A DNA stretch of 64,000 nucleotides from Deltaproteobacteria bacterium (GCA_016712475.1 JADJRA010000001.1:1669414-1733413); one strand, 5' to 3'. Numbered from the stretch's first letter, positions 8,673-18,417 are shown. The notes: a model not told the origin generated them from the sequence alone. Translations and numbers: made by a program.

Positions 8673-9698
8673 TCAGCCGGCGGGACAGCTCGGCGCACGC
8701 AGAACTTCGACGGCTGCGGTGGCGCGATCGATGACAGCGAGGCTGCCGGTCGGCGCGTCCAGCCGAACGACGACGATCGACCCCTCCGGCTGCCAGCCGA
8801 CCAGCGATGCGTGCCGCTCGCGGGGCGAATCGAACCACAGAGCGTCGAGCGAGTAGCGGGCGATCTCCGTGCCCGTCGACACGTCGAGCACGAGCAAGGT
8901 GTCGAGGCGATCGACCAGGAAAGCCCAGTGATCGCCGCCGAGCCACGCAGGCTCCGTCGCAATTCCACCTCGAGGCTCGTCGATGACGCTCGTGAGCCGG
9001 TTGCCGTGTCGGTCGTAGAGCCAGCTCCGCACGCCGGGCTCGTCGCAGCCCTCGAGCAACACGTACAACGTATCGCCCAGCCAAACGTGGCTCGCGCAGC
9101 GCAACTGCGGGTCGTCGAGCTCGAATGCGGCGACTCGTCGGTGATCCCGGTACGCCCAGATCTCCGCGCTCGCGGGGCCGCTCTCGAAGGTGTTGGTGAC
9201 GGCGAGAACGCTGCGTTGCGCGGTGCTGGTGACGTGGCGGTCGAGCACGCCACTGCGCGGAACGCCGACGCGCAGCACGAAGCCCAAGTCGTTGGAGACC
9301 ACGCCATCGAGGTCGATGCGGTCGATCCACTCTTGCGGTGTCGCGGGGCGGACGGTGGCGAACGCCGCTTCTGGCACGCGCGCGTCGGTACGCTGGTACT
9401 GCTTGTCGGCGAGGTCGACGAGTACGAGCACGGGCGAGATGCCGTAGTTGAACTCCAGCCCGAGCTGCCCGTCGACGATTCTCCCCATTGCGACGGAGTA
9501 CGCTTCGGGAACACAGTCGCCCCTCGCCGCTGCGGATCTCGCGGACGCGGAAGTCCGCGGGGCGACGGGCTCCCCGGGGCGCACCGGTGCGACGTCGACG
9601 GGAGAGGCCCTGCGCTCGGTGCTTCCAACTCGACAGCCCGCGCCGACCAAGAGCGCGGTCGACAACGCCGCCCTGAGTGTCCGAGAACGCAGGTGCAT
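8673..9698 (-). CDS. hypothetical lipoprotein
   Basis: Signal/lipobox MHLRSRTLRAALSTALLVGAGC within ORF 8673..9788. No domain recognised. Confidence 0.55.
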   Translation of the reverse strand: MHLRSRTLRAALSTALLVGAGCRVGSTERRASPVDVAPVRPGEPVAPRTSASARSAAARGDCVPEAYSVAMGRIVDGQLGLEFNYGISPVLVLVDLADKQYQRTDARVPEAAFATVRPATPQEWIDRIDLDGVVSNDLGFVLRVGVPRSGVLDRHVTSTAQRSVLAVTNTFESGPASAEIWAYRDHRRVAAFELDDPQLRCASHVWLGDTLYVLLEGCDEPGVRSWLYDRHGNRLTSVIDEPRGGIATEPAWLGGDHWAFLVDRLDTLLVLDVSTGTEIARYSLDALWFDSPRERHASLVGWQPEGSIVVVRLDAPTGSLAVIDRATAAVEVLRAPSCPAG

Positions 9699-9984
9699 CC
9701 ACGCCGCAACGTCCCGGCTCATCGCCGGCGAGCGTAGCCGTCTTGCTCCGCGGGTTCCACCGACGCCAGGGAAGCCGGATCGGCTCATTGCGGGTACCCG
9801 GCGCTCAGAGTCTGCATGTCGTGCCAGACCCGCGACGCGAAGCGGAGCTCACGGGATGTGCGGCACCGTGAAGCATGTCTCGAATCCCGCACGGCGTGCT
9901 GACCTCAGGTCTGACATGAGGACGAACGCGCGCCCGCGCCTGGGGTGGTGTCGGCGAGCACGCACTCGGATACGCTGCGGCCCC

Positions 9985-10884
9985 ATGATTCGCACGGGTT
10001 CTCCGGGCTGGCTTGCGTCGGTGACATTCGGCGCGCTCGCATGCGCTGCTCGTCCAGCCGGCATCCCCAACGGTGCGCCGCACCTCGCACGCTCGAATGC
10101 GGGCTTCGACGCCGAGCAGCAGTTGAACCGGGCCCGAGGTCCGCTCGAGCTCCAGGCACCACCCCAGGGCTGGTGGGAAGCCGAGCACGCGTGCCCCGCG
10201 GGCACGACGTTGCTCGTACAGGGCAGCGACTACGATCCGGCGCACCCCGAGACCGCAAGCGACTTACCGCGCATCGGGTGTGTGCGGCCGGATGGCACAC
10301 AACACGGGCCATCGACGATCTTCGCTCGCAACGGTGTCGCGATCCAGCAGGGCCACTACCGCAACGGGCGCGAGCACGGCACGTGGGAGGAGCACAGCGC
10401 CACGGAGCCCGACGACGGCGGACGCGAGTACTGGGATGACGGAGTCGGGATCGGAACGTGGTCGAGCACGTTCGGCGGCAGAGAGCGGTTGCTCGAGCAT
10501 CGCGGACCCGGCGAGATCCATCGAACGATCCGTGAAAAAGGCGCCGTCATCGAGCAGGGCCTGCTGGTCGATGGCCTGCGTCAGGGCCCGTGGACGATCA
10601 CCACCGATGGTGTCACGCGCGAGGTCGAGTTCGTCGATGGACGGGCAGCCGGCGCATCCGCGTTGATCGCCGTGCAAGCATGCGACGACTTTCTCCGCCG
10701 CATCTCCGTTTGTTTGGAGAGCAAGTCGGGCGCCGAGCGCTACGAGCTATCCTCGCTCCTCATCTTGCTGGTCGACCTCTGGGAAGACTTCGGCCTCGAG
10801 GTCTCTCCAGGAAGGAGCGAGCCGCTGTGTGTCGTCAACGTGCGCAACACGCAGGACACACTCGCGGCGCACGGCTGTGAGTGA
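9985..10884 (+). CDS. secreted MORN-repeat protein (YwqK-like)
   Basis: ATG at 9985 in frame with ORF 9448..10884. Signal peptide MIRTGSPGWLASVTFGALACAA. Repeated G..G..W motifs (HYRNGREHGTWEE.., DGVGIGTWSS.., DGLRQGPWT..) are MORN-like. Confidence 0.6.
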   Translation: MIRTGSPGWLASVTFGALACAARPAGIPNGAPHLARSNAGFDAEQQLNRARGPLELQAPPQGWWEAEHACPAGTTLLVQGSDYDPAHPETASDLPRIGCVRPDGTQHGPSTIFARNGVAIQQGHYRNGREHGTWEEHSATEPDDGGREYWDDGVGIGTWSSTFGGRERLLEHRGPGEIHRTIREKGAVIEQGLLVDGLRQGPWTITTDGVTREVEFVDGRAAGASALIAVQACDDFLRRISVCLESKSGAERYELSSLLILLVDLWEDFGLEVSPGRSEPLCVVNVRNTQDTLAAHGCE

Positions 10885-10900
10885 CCGTCGTCGGTGACAA

Positions 10901-10938
10901 GGGGAGCGAGTGCTGTCGTTCGGCGACACCCGCTCCCC
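10901..10938. terminator. GC-rich hairpin between convergent genes (possible bidirectional terminator)
   Basis: GGGGAGCG .. 22 nt .. CGCTCCCC with an inner GTCG/CGAC sub-stem. No U-tract. Confidence 0.3.
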
Positions 10939-10948
10939 ATGTGCACCG

Positions 10949-11104
10949 TCACGCCCCCTTGAACGCGAGCACCGGCCGCAGCCGTCGCACCGCGCGGGTC
11001 AGCTCCCGCTGGGCGCGCATCACCGCGCCGATGTCCTTGTACGCATCGGGGGCTTCCTCGACCAGCCGTGGCGCGACCCGGTGGTCGAACCACACGCCCT
11101 GCAT
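10949..11104 (-). CDS. small ORF (51 aa) downstream of the oxidoreductase gene
   Basis: MQGVWFDHRVAPRLVEEAPDAYKDIGAVMRAQRELTRAVRRLRPVLAFKGA has high GC3 and a coding-like composition. Not in the supplied track (below its length cutoff). 17 nt after the stop of 11121..11843. Confidence 0.3.
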   Translation of the reverse strand: MQGVWFDHRVAPRLVEEAPDAYKDIGAVMRAQRELTRAVRRLRPVLAFKGA

Positions 11105-11120
11105 CGATCGATGCAGCGAT

Positions 11121-11843
11121 CTAGCCGGCGATGAGCGCCATCATCTCGGGGTAGTGATACGTCGCGCTCGCGGCCGGGTGGCGCTTGGCGGTGGCGACCA
11201 TCGCCTTGGCGATCTGCTGCACCGTGATCGATTTGTACTTGGCCGGCGTCACGAACGAGAGCAGCGGCAGGGTCTTCTCGAGCAGCCACGGCGTGTGCTG
11301 CGAGCCGATGATCATGGCCGGCCGGAACACGCTGACGATCGCAGGGCCACCGGCGCGCACCGCCTCCTCGGCCTCGCCCTTCACACGGCTGTAGCGCGCC
11401 ATGCCGGCGGCACCGCTGCCGGTCGACTTGGCGGTGGGGTCGGCACCGGCGGCGCTCATGAACGCCAGGTGCTGCACCTTGCCGGAGTCGCGCAGCGCGC
11501 GGGCGAAGGCCTCGTTGAGCACGACATCGATCGCGCGGTGCTCGTCGAGGCTCAGCTTCGACGTGCCCGCACCGACGCCGAGCACACTGAACCCTTCGGC
11601 CTCGCCATCGATCACCTTCAACGCGTCCAGCGTTGCGGCCGCGAGCGACGCGGCGCTCATCTCCGGCACCAACACCTCGACCAGCCGTCGATCGCGGGCC
11701 TGTGCCATCGCGACGGCCTCGGGCAGCGATCGACGCGACAGCGTGATCACCGTGGCGAAGTCGTCGGCGAAGACCTCTTGCAAGAGCGCGGCGCCGACCG
11801 AGCCGGAGCCGCCCAAGACGATCGCTGTGCGTGGGCTGGGCAT
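11121..11843 (-). CDS. NAD(P)H-binding oxidoreductase (atypical SDR / HTATIP2-like)
   Basis: N-terminal Rossmann motif TAIVLGGSGSVGAAL. 240 aa. Confidence 0.8.
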   Translation of the reverse strand: MPSPRTAIVLGGSGSVGAALLQEVFADDFATVITLSRRSLPEAVAMAQARDRRLVEVLVPEMSAASLAAATLDALKVIDGEAEGFSVLGVGAGTSKLSLDEHRAIDVVLNEAFARALRDSGKVQHLAFMSAAGADPTAKSTGSGAAGMARYSRVKGEAEEAVRAGGPAIVSVFRPAMIIGSQHTPWLLEKTLPLLSFVTPAKYKSITVQQIAKAMVATAKRHPAASATYHYPEMMALIAG

Positions 11844-11984
11844 CGCGTGGGGATGGTACGCCGGCTTGGCTGCGTCCGGGGCCGCCGGCCGACACTCGAA
11901 ACGTCATCGGTCGGATCCCTCATCGGCCTGCGCCAGGGCTCATGGCAACCAGCGCTGGCATCTGCCGTGCGGCGCGCGATCGCT

Positions 11985-12416
11985 TCACCGCGGCCAGCCG
12001 ACGAACCACGCCTCGCCGCTCACCCGCTCCCACGTGAGCGTGAAGCCGCCGGCGGTCACCTCCCACTCCGACCAGCCAGCGGTATGCATGCCGGCGAAGC
12101 GATAGCTCGTGACCGCGTCGGCACTGACTTGTCTGGCCTCGACGATCTCGCCGGACAGCGGCGCTGCGGCATCAGCATGCGCGACCCAGGCCTGCGCGGC
12201 ATCGTCGAACAGGCGCGCGCGCTCGCCAGCGACGTCGCGCAGCAGCAGCACGCAAGGCTGCACGCACACCGCGGTCGGCTCGGGGTTGGCGGGGTGCTCG
12301 GCGCGCAGGTTGGCGTGGCCGAGTCGCAGCGAGATGCCGTCGCGGGTGCGCTCGATCGCGAGGATCGGCGCGTCGTGCAGGTCGAGCAGGTCGAAGCGCT
12401 CGGACGTGGACGGCAT
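11985..12416 (-). CDS. hypothetical protein (143 aa)
   Basis: Balanced composition, unlike the Arg-rich overlapping frame 12056..12601. Divergent from 12448..13077 with a spacer of only about 31 bp. Confidence 0.5.
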   Translation of the reverse strand: MPSTSERFDLLDLHDAPILAIERTRDGISLRLGHANLRAEHPANPEPTAVCVQPCVLLLRDVAGERARLFDDAAQAWVAHADAAAPLSGEIVEARQVSADAVTSYRFAGMHTAGWSEWEVTAGGFTLTWERVSGEAWFVGWPR

Positions 12417-12428
12417 CTCGTCGTGGCG

Positions 12429-12440
12429 ATGCTAGCATCC
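12429..12440. promoter_or_regulatory. perfect 12-bp palindrome GATGCTAGCATC between two divergent start codons
   Basis: The only sequence of note in the about 31-bp spacer between 11985..12416 (-) and 12448..13077 (+). Confidence 0.25.
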
Positions 12441-12447
12441 CGCCGAC

Positions 12448-13077
12448 ATGGAACGCCCGTCGGACGACGCCGCACGCACGATGCTCGGACTCCCCATGGC
12501 CTACGTGCTGCCCGCGACCGACGTGATGATCTCGGAGGCGCGCCGCATCGTCGAGACCAACCTCGCGCTCGCGCGCGAGCTCGGCCCGCTCCAGCTGCCA
12601 TCGCCGATCTGGGAGCGCAAGGGCAGCCGCGCGGGCGTACGCCTGGTGACGCTGCCCGCCGCGTTCGCGCAGCGCTACTTCACCGGGGGTGGCGCGCTCG
12701 TGCTCGGTAAGGATCGCGTGCGGACCTTGGTCGCCGAGCTCATGCCGTGGATGGCCGAGGATCCCGCCGGTGCCGCGGTCGCACTCGAGGACACGCTCGA
12801 GGTGTGGACCACCGACGGCGCGCCGCTGCGCGAGCTCGAGTCGCCCTACGGCGGCCACTACAAGCTGTTGTCGCTGATGCTCGCCGACTTCGCGCGCAAG
12901 GCCGATGCCGGCCTCGACACACTCGACTGGATCGCGTCGCTGGGGCTTCCGGTGGAGGAGTTCCGCGACGACGACGATCCCGACGCCGACGCGATCCTCG
13001 AGCGCATGGAGGCCCGCGTCGACGCGATGTGGGCCACGGAGGACGCCTGGCTCGAGGCCGCCGCGCCGCGCCCGTGA
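12448..13077 (+). CDS. hypothetical protein (209 aa)
   Basis: Coding-like composition. No domain recognised. Confidence 0.55.
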   Translation: MERPSDDAARTMLGLPMAYVLPATDVMISEARRIVETNLALARELGPLQLPSPIWERKGSRAGVRLVTLPAAFAQRYFTGGGALVLGKDRVRTLVAELMPWMAEDPAGAAVALEDTLEVWTTDGAPLRELESPYGGHYKLLSLMLADFARKADAGLDTLDWIASLGLPVEEFRDDDDPDADAILERMEARVDAMWATEDAWLEAAAPRP

Positions 13078-13084
13078 GCGTGCA

Positions 13085-13558
13085 TCACAGCGCGCGCACG
13101 TAGCCGCGGGTGCAGCGGGCACCGCGGATCTGCACATCGTCGCGGACGAAGCCGTGTCGCTCGTAGAACGCGATCGCGGCCGCCATGCCCTCGATGGTGT
13201 CGAGCACGATGCGCTCGCCGCCGCGGGCCTTCACCCACGCGACCGCCTCGTCGAGCAAGCGCTTGCCGACGCCCAGCCCGCGGGACGCGGCGCAGAGGTA
13301 CATCTTGCGCAGCTCGAAGCTGCCCGGTGCGACCGGGAACACGCCGCAGGTGCCGACCAGCGTGCGTCGATCGCCCTCGACCTCGTGCGCCACCCAGAAC
13401 GCACCCCCGTGATCGAGGTACGACGATGGCAGGCCACGCACCGCCTCGTCGGTCTCGCTACCGACGCCGAAATCGAGTCCGAACTCGGCGAGCACCGCGG
13501 TCACGTGCGCGACGACCTCGGGCACATCCGCGGCTTCGACCACCCGCACGACGATCAC
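13085..13558 (-). CDS. GNAT-family N-acetyltransferase
   Basis: Motif A region RGLGVGKRLLDEAVAWVKARG is typical of GNAT acetyl-CoA binding. 157 aa. Confidence 0.8.
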   Translation of the reverse strand: MIVVRVVEAADVPEVVAHVTAVLAEFGLDFGVGSETDEAVRGLPSSYLDHGGAFWVAHEVEGDRRTLVGTCGVFPVAPGSFELRKMYLCAASRGLGVGKRLLDEAVAWVKARGGERIVLDTIEGMAAAIAFYERHGFVRDDVQIRGARCTRGYVRAL

Positions 13559-13603
13559 GGACGCGAAGGTAGCACGCCGCGACGCGGCCGCGCCTCCGCG
13601 AGC

Positions 13604-14683
13604 TCAGTTTGCCGGCGGCAGCGGCGTGCCGTCGTCCCACACGTTCGCGATCCACTGATTGCCCGGCCGCGTCTCGTCGAAGTCGGTGATCGGAAAGTAG
13701 TATCCACACTGCCCGCCGCGCCCGCGCTGGAACACGTTCTCCTCGAACACGATGTTGTTGGCCTGGTCGCCGTAGGGCTTCGAGCCGTCGTCGCCGCTCG
13801 AGCCTCCGTACGCGCATGCACCCCCGGTGGTGGCCATGAACAAGTTGCGATGGATGGTGTTGTTCTGGATCGGCGCAAAGTCGCCGTAGCCCGTGAGATC
13901 GGCAGAGCAGCCGGCATCGGGCGGGAAGTCGGGCGCGTTGCAGAGGATCGAGTTGTGCTCGATCGTCGAGCCGTCGCCCATGCGCACCGCGGACTCGTGG
14001 GCGGTGCCGGTCGGATCGGGCGCCTGATCGTGGATCCACGAGTCGGTCACGCTGCACGCGAACTCGCACCACACGCCCCGCTTGCCGCCGTAGACGTCGA
14101 CGCGCGTGGCGGTGAAGTCGCTCTTGCCGATGCCGCTGTCGTCGTCGGTGCCCTGCACGGGGCCCGCGTCGATCTCGCTGTCGGAGATCGCGAACGAGTA
14201 GCCCATGCCGGGCGCCTCCACCAACACGCTGCCGTTGATCTTGGTGCGCGTGATCCGAACGTCGGCCGCACGGATGACGAGGGGATCACACGTCACCGAC
14301 TTCGCATCGATCTCGGTGCCGTTCTGCGTGATCGTGCATTCGCCGTCATAGTCGGTGAGCGTCGTGCCCGCGGGGATGCCCGTGCGCGTCGCATCGGGCC
14401 AGCATCCGCCGAACGGGTCGGGGCCTCCCGGCGTGTTGGCGGGTGCGTCGCACGGCAGCGGAGCTCCACCGCTGTCGCCGCTGCTGCCTTCACCACCCTC
14501 GCTGGCGTCGCCCGAGCTGCCCGCGCCGGTGCTCCCGCCCTCGCCCCCACCGCCGCCGGACGTGCCGCCGCTGGTCGCGGTGACCACCGTGCCGCCGGTG
14601 GTGTCGGCCCCGGTGCCGGTCGCCGGCCCGCTCGACGGGCAGCCGAGGATCAGCCATCCGAACCACACGGAGCGACGGTGCAT
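13604..14683 (-). CDS. secreted lipoprotein with Gly/Ser-rich linker and probable beta-helix (pectate-lyase-like) domain
   Basis: Lipobox WLILGCPSS, a long G/S/T linker, then a repetitive beta-strand-like sequence. Its 5' end is duplicated at 15802..15943. Confidence 0.65.
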   Translation of the reverse strand: MHRRSVWFGWLILGCPSSGPATGTGADTTGGTVVTATSGGTSGGGGGEGGSTGAGSSGDASEGGEGSSGDSGGAPLPCDAPANTPGGPDPFGGCWPDATRTGIPAGTTLTDYDGECTITQNGTEIDAKSVTCDPLVIRAADVRITRTKINGSVLVEAPGMGYSFAISDSEIDAGPVQGTDDDSGIGKSDFTATRVDVYGGKRGVWCEFACSVTDSWIHDQAPDPTGTAHESAVRMGDGSTIEHNSILCNAPDFPPDAGCSADLTGYGDFAPIQNNTIHRNLFMATTGGACAYGGSSGDDGSKPYGDQANNIVFEENVFQRGRGGQCGYYFPITDFDETRPGNQWIANVWDDGTPLPPAN

Positions 14684-14735
14684 GCTCGACACCTCAGCAC
14701 GCTATCACCGGCCCACGCGCGCCGTCGAGCAAACC

Positions 14736-15431
14736 TCACGCTGCGGACGGCGGCGGATCGCGGCGGCCGTGGGCCACGAGGACGAGTCGGGGAGCCGCAC
14801 GATCTGCTCGCTCGGCGGGCGGTACGGCGAGCGCCAGGCTGTCGGCGTGGGCGTGCGCAACCGCGAGCACCATCACTGCGAACACGACGGGCACCGCACT
14901 GGAGGTCGCCATCGCCGTGGCGATCGCAGCCAGCCCGATCGCCCCTGTCATCGCGACCCGCACACCAGCTCGAACGCGCCGCGCAACGTGGTACACGCCC
15001 CCACCGAGGATCCACACGCTCCACGCGATGAGAAGCACCAACGCGTAGGCATCGAGTGTAGTGCCGCCCGAGGCCGGCAACATGCGCGGGTCGAGCCCGT
15101 GGGCGAACACCGACGCCAATGCGAGCGCAATTCCCCAGCCGACACCGCTGGCGCCGAGCAGCAACACGCTCGACGCGAGTGCAGGAATCCCCAGCGCCAC
15201 GAGACCAGCGCCGCCGCTCGCCATGGCACAGCCGGCGATGATCGAGCCCGCGAGCACCGCGGTGACACCGTTGGCCAGTCGCGGCGTCGGCAACAAGATG
15301 CCGGCCACGACGAGCACGCCCACGACGGCGCCGACAGCGATCCGCTCGACGTTCGACACCAGCCCCAACACGCACAGTACACCACCCACGAGGAGGATGA
15401 GCCCAGCGACGAGGCGATGTTCGGTTGGCAT
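14736..15431 (-). CDS. integral membrane protein (about 6 TM)
   Basis: Very hydrophobic, Gly/Ala/Val/Leu-rich helices. 231 aa. Confidence 0.55.
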   Translation of the reverse strand: MPTEHRLVAGLILLVGGVLCVLGLVSNVERIAVGAVVGVLVVAGILLPTPRLANGVTAVLAGSIIAGCAMASGGAGLVALGIPALASSVLLLGASGVGWGIALALASVFAHGLDPRMLPASGGTTLDAYALVLLIAWSVWILGGGVYHVARRVRAGVRVAMTGAIGLAAIATAMATSSAVPVVFAVMVLAVAHAHADSLALAVPPAERADRAAPRLVLVAHGRRDPPPSAA

Positions 15432-15476
15432 GAGTGCGGGCTCCGAGCAGACAGAACCGGAGTCCGCGTGTCGACG

Positions 15477-15701
15477 TTACGCCGAGTCCCCGGTGGCCCG
15501 CGCCTGCTCGTTCCGAATCGCACTGTAGGTCGCCACGCAGAACGGCACGCAGAAGTTGAGCAACAGGCGCCCCCACGGAATCGCGCCCGCCCCCAGCATT
15601 GCGTCACCGTAGTTGATCACGTTCAGCACGGTGCCGACGACGGCGGCGATCCGCAGGCTGGTGAGGATCATGCGCCGTCGCGTGGCAATCGCGGAGAACA
15701 T
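15477..15701 (-). CDS. small membrane protein (74 aa)
   Basis: Two predicted TM helices, YGDAMLGAG motif. Sits upstream of the 14736..15431 membrane protein in a likely operon. Confidence 0.4.
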   Translation of the reverse strand: MFSAIATRRRMILTSLRIAAVVGTVLNVINYGDAMLGAGAIPWGRLLLNFCVPFCVATYSAIRNEQARATGDSA

Positions 15702-15770
15702 CAGCGTGCAGAAACGGGTCCGCCCGAGCCCGCGTTACGGGGTGCTGGCCGCGGGCTCGGATTCGCGGCC

Positions 15771-15807
15771 ACCGGTCAGCGATCCCCATCCGCGAGCGAT
15801 TCGCCGC
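15771..15807. repeat. 37-bp direct repeat R (copy 1), CCGGTCAGCGATCCCCATCCGCGAGCGATTCGCCGCC
   Basis: Identical copy at 18381..18417 overlapping the cydA stop. Here it abuts the duplicated lipoprotein 5' fragment. Confidence 0.6.
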
Positions 15808-15900
15808 CGGTGGTGTCGGCCTCGGTGCCGGTCGCCGGCCCGCTCGACGGGCAGCCGAGGATCAGCCATCCGAGCCACACGGAGCGACGATGCACGTTCG
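15781..15900 (-). pseudogene. gene fragment: duplicated signal-peptide region of lipoprotein 13604..14683 fused to a 9-codon tail shared with cydA
   Basis: Minus-strand translation [39 protein letters not shown]. The first 30 aa copy the lipoprotein N-terminus. The last 9 aa plus stop lie in a 37-bp repeat also present at the cydA 3' end. Confidence 0.5.
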
Positions 15901-15997
15901 ACACCTCAGCACGCTATCACCCGTCCGCACGCGCCGTCGAGGAATCCCGTGCCGGGGCGCGCCCTCGACTGCGGACGAATGCAATCTCGGTCCGCCG

Positions 15998-16999
15998 TCA
16001 CTGCGTCCCGCGATGGCCCGCGTCGCCGCGAACGGCGACTTCGAGATCCGGCAACCCATCGAGTGCGGCATCCACCGGGTCCGCCGCCACCGCCGACGGC
16101 GCGGGTGCGATGACCTTCAGCGCGCGTGGCAACGCCGTCAGCGTCACCGGCGTCTCGCCGAAGGGCTCGCCGTCGAGCAGGATCTGCTGCCGTGGATCCG
16201 TGCGAATCGTGACGGTCGACGACGCGAGCGAGCCGACGTTGTCGCGGTTCGCGGGCTCCCCCTCGAGCGCGCTGCGGTAGAGGTGCCACGTCGTGGCAAC
16301 CGCCTCGCTGATGCCCTCGGCGGCGACGATGGTCGTGTCGAGCAGGCCGTCGTCGGGCACGAGGTGAGACGGGCCCTGGGCCATCATGGCGCGCGGCGGC
16401 GCAATGTTGGCCACGCCGACGCCGATCGATCGACAGCGAATCTCGTGTGCGTCCGACGTGATTTCGACGGCGAACGACGCGAGGCTCGCGAGCTGACGCA
16501 GCGCCGAGCCCACGTACGCGAGCACGCCCCAGCGTTGCTTCGACTCGACCGTCGCGGACGCGATGGTGTCGGCGTGGATGCCGATCATGCAGTGCAAGAT
16601 CATCGTGCGCTTGCCGGCCTCGGCCTCCGCCACGCCGACGTCGATCGTGCGCGTCGGGGCCGACTCGAGCAGCGCGATCGCCTCGTGGAGATCGCCGGGA
16701 ATGCCGAGTGCGACCGAGAACGAGTTCGACGTGCCCATCGGCAGCACGCCGAGCGCTGGTCCGTTCTCACCCAGGCCGAGCTCGAGCAGCGCAGCGGCCA
16801 CCGCCGACACCGTGCCATCGCCACCGGCCGCGACGATGCGATCGGGCTGCGATCGCAGGCAGTGCCGCGCGCGATCGACAGGGTCCTCGTCCTCGCCGAG
16901 CTCGCACACCGTCACGCCCTCGAGCTTGGCGCGCGCCTCGTCGAGCAGCTCTGCGGTCGCACGCGACGCCCGCGGGTTCCACACCAAGATCGTCGTCAC
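15998..16999 (-). CDS. diacylglycerol kinase catalytic-domain lipid kinase (YegS/DgkA-like)
   Basis: Conserved ..RIVAAGGDGTVSAVA.. (GGDGT) motif and overall DAGK_cat-like architecture. 333 aa. Confidence 0.8.
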   Translation of the reverse strand: MTTILVWNPRASRATAELLDEARAKLEGVTVCELGEDEDPVDRARHCLRSQPDRIVAAGGDGTVSAVAAALLELGLGENGPALGVLPMGTSNSFSVALGIPGDLHEAIALLESAPTRTIDVGVAEAEAGKRTMILHCMIGIHADTIASATVESKQRWGVLAYVGSALRQLASLASFAVEITSDAHEIRCRSIGVGVANIAPPRAMMAQGPSHLVPDDGLLDTTIVAAEGISEAVATTWHLYRSALEGEPANRDNVGSLASSTVTIRTDPRQQILLDGEPFGETPVTLTALPRALKVIAPAPSAVAADPVDAALDGLPDLEVAVRGDAGHRGTQ

Positions 17000-17127
17000 G
17001 CGGGCATGCTACCCGAGTCGACGACAAGCGCACGCAGGCGGCACGGCGCGCGAACCCGCCGGCGAGCGCGAGGCGTCGACGCCGTGACCGAGCCGACGAC
17101 CATACCGCGTGACCGAGCGCCCGCGTC

Positions 17128-18297
17128 TCACATGCAGCAGTAGGTGATCGCGTCGGTCGGCGCCACGCCGCCGACGAGCGATCCGCCCGACGGGGTGCAG
17201 CTGGCGTCTGGCTCGGGATAGTAGGTCGCGTGGCTCGCCGCGGGCTGGACGGCACACGTGCCGGGCGAGGCGTCACCGAGGTAGATCACGCCGCAGCCTT
17301 GGTTGTTGAGCTCGACGTACCCGCCGCAGCTTCCGGTCGGCGTGCCGCAGCTGCACGCGGTGCAGTCGCGATCATCGTCGAGGTCGCCATACGTGATCAC
17401 CTGCTGCGACCACGGCCCGGGCGGACATGCGGCCTCGCCGGCGGCCCAGATGCACATCTGATGAGCATCGGGCGTGCTCGGCAGACAGCCGCCGCCGTCG
17501 CAGCCCTCGGCAATCGCCGCGCTGCAGCTGCGAACGTCGCGGCCCCAGGTGGGCGCGGGGATCGACTCGGTCGCCTCGGGGTCACAGCTCGCGCCGCCGA
17601 TCTGCAGGCTCGGCGTGCTGATCGCGTAGGTGCCGGCGGCGTTGCTGACGAACGTGCACACGTTGGGCTGGAGCACGTCCGCGAGGCCTTGGCTCGCGGT
17701 GCACATCGCGTTGGTCTGCTGCACGGTCACCGCGCCGCAGCTCACGCCCACCGCGTCACCGCACTCGCAGCCGCACGTGGCGTTGCCGGGCGAGAGCTCC
17801 GCGTGTTGATCGCCGTGCACGAGCTGCGGGAAGTCGGCGGGACACGGGTCGGCGTCGGCGCCCTCGTTGATCACCACCGGTCCCTGCCAGCCGCCGGGCA
17901 CATCGGGCGCACACTGGCCGGCGCACACCGGACCGCCGCTGTCGCCCGAGGTGTTGCCGTCGTCGCCGGACGAGGTCGACGGGTCGGTCGCGGTCGGGTC
18001 GGTCTCCGAAGCGGTGCTCGAGCCTCCCGTCGACCCGTCGGTGTCGGACGAGGCTCCCGTCGGATCGCCGGACGAGGCTCCCGTCGGGTCGCCGGACGAG
18101 GCTCCCGTCGGATCGCTGGTCGCCGTGTTGCCGGTGCCGGCGGTCGACGCCGTCGTCGATGCGGTCGTCGCCGAGCTCGAGGACTCGTCGCCCGAGGTCG
18201 GCGCGCCGACGGTGCTCTCGGCCGAGGTGCCGGTGGGATCGAAGCAGGCGGGAACGAGGGCGAGCAAGCCGGCACAGGCGATCGAGGCGCGTGACAT
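17128..18297 (-). CDS. Cys-rich secreted lipoprotein with tandem DPTGASSG repeats
   Basis: Lipobox ACAGLLALVPAC within ORF 17128..18450. Three tandem 21-bp repeats (about 18046..18117) encode DPTGASSG x3. About 30 Cys in the C-terminal half. Confidence 0.6.
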   Translation of the reverse strand: MSRASIACAGLLALVPACFDPTGTSAESTVGAPTSGDESSSSATTASTTASTAGTGNTATSDPTGASSGDPTGASSGDPTGASSDTDGSTGGSSTASETDPTATDPSTSSGDDGNTSGDSGGPVCAGQCAPDVPGGWQGPVVINEGADADPCPADFPQLVHGDQHAELSPGNATCGCECGDAVGVSCGAVTVQQTNAMCTASQGLADVLQPNVCTFVSNAAGTYAISTPSLQIGGASCDPEATESIPAPTWGRDVRSCSAAIAEGCDGGGCLPSTPDAHQMCIWAAGEAACPPGPWSQQVITYGDLDDDRDCTACSCGTPTGSCGGYVELNNQGCGVIYLGDASPGTCAVQPAASHATYYPEPDASCTPSGGSLVGGVAPTDAITYCCM

Positions 18298-18380
18298 GCC
18301 CCCGAAGACCGCGGCGGCGGCGGTTCTGATCACACCGCGGGGTGGGTTTTCGGCGAGCCGAGCGAACGGCCACGCCGGCG

Positions 18381-18417
18381 GCCGCCGGTCAGCGATCCCC
18401 ATCCGCGAGCGATTCGC
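18381..18417. repeat. 37-bp direct repeat R (copy 2) at the cydA 3' end
   Basis: Encodes the last 9 codons (GESLADGDR) plus stop of cydA on the minus strand. Confidence 0.6.

Noticed and set aside
18298-18388. Possible cydB downstream of cydA
   Set aside because: No ORF with CydB-like hydrophobic N-terminus starts near the cydA stop on either strand. The next gene is an unrelated Cys-rich lipoprotein. Reported as a finding instead.
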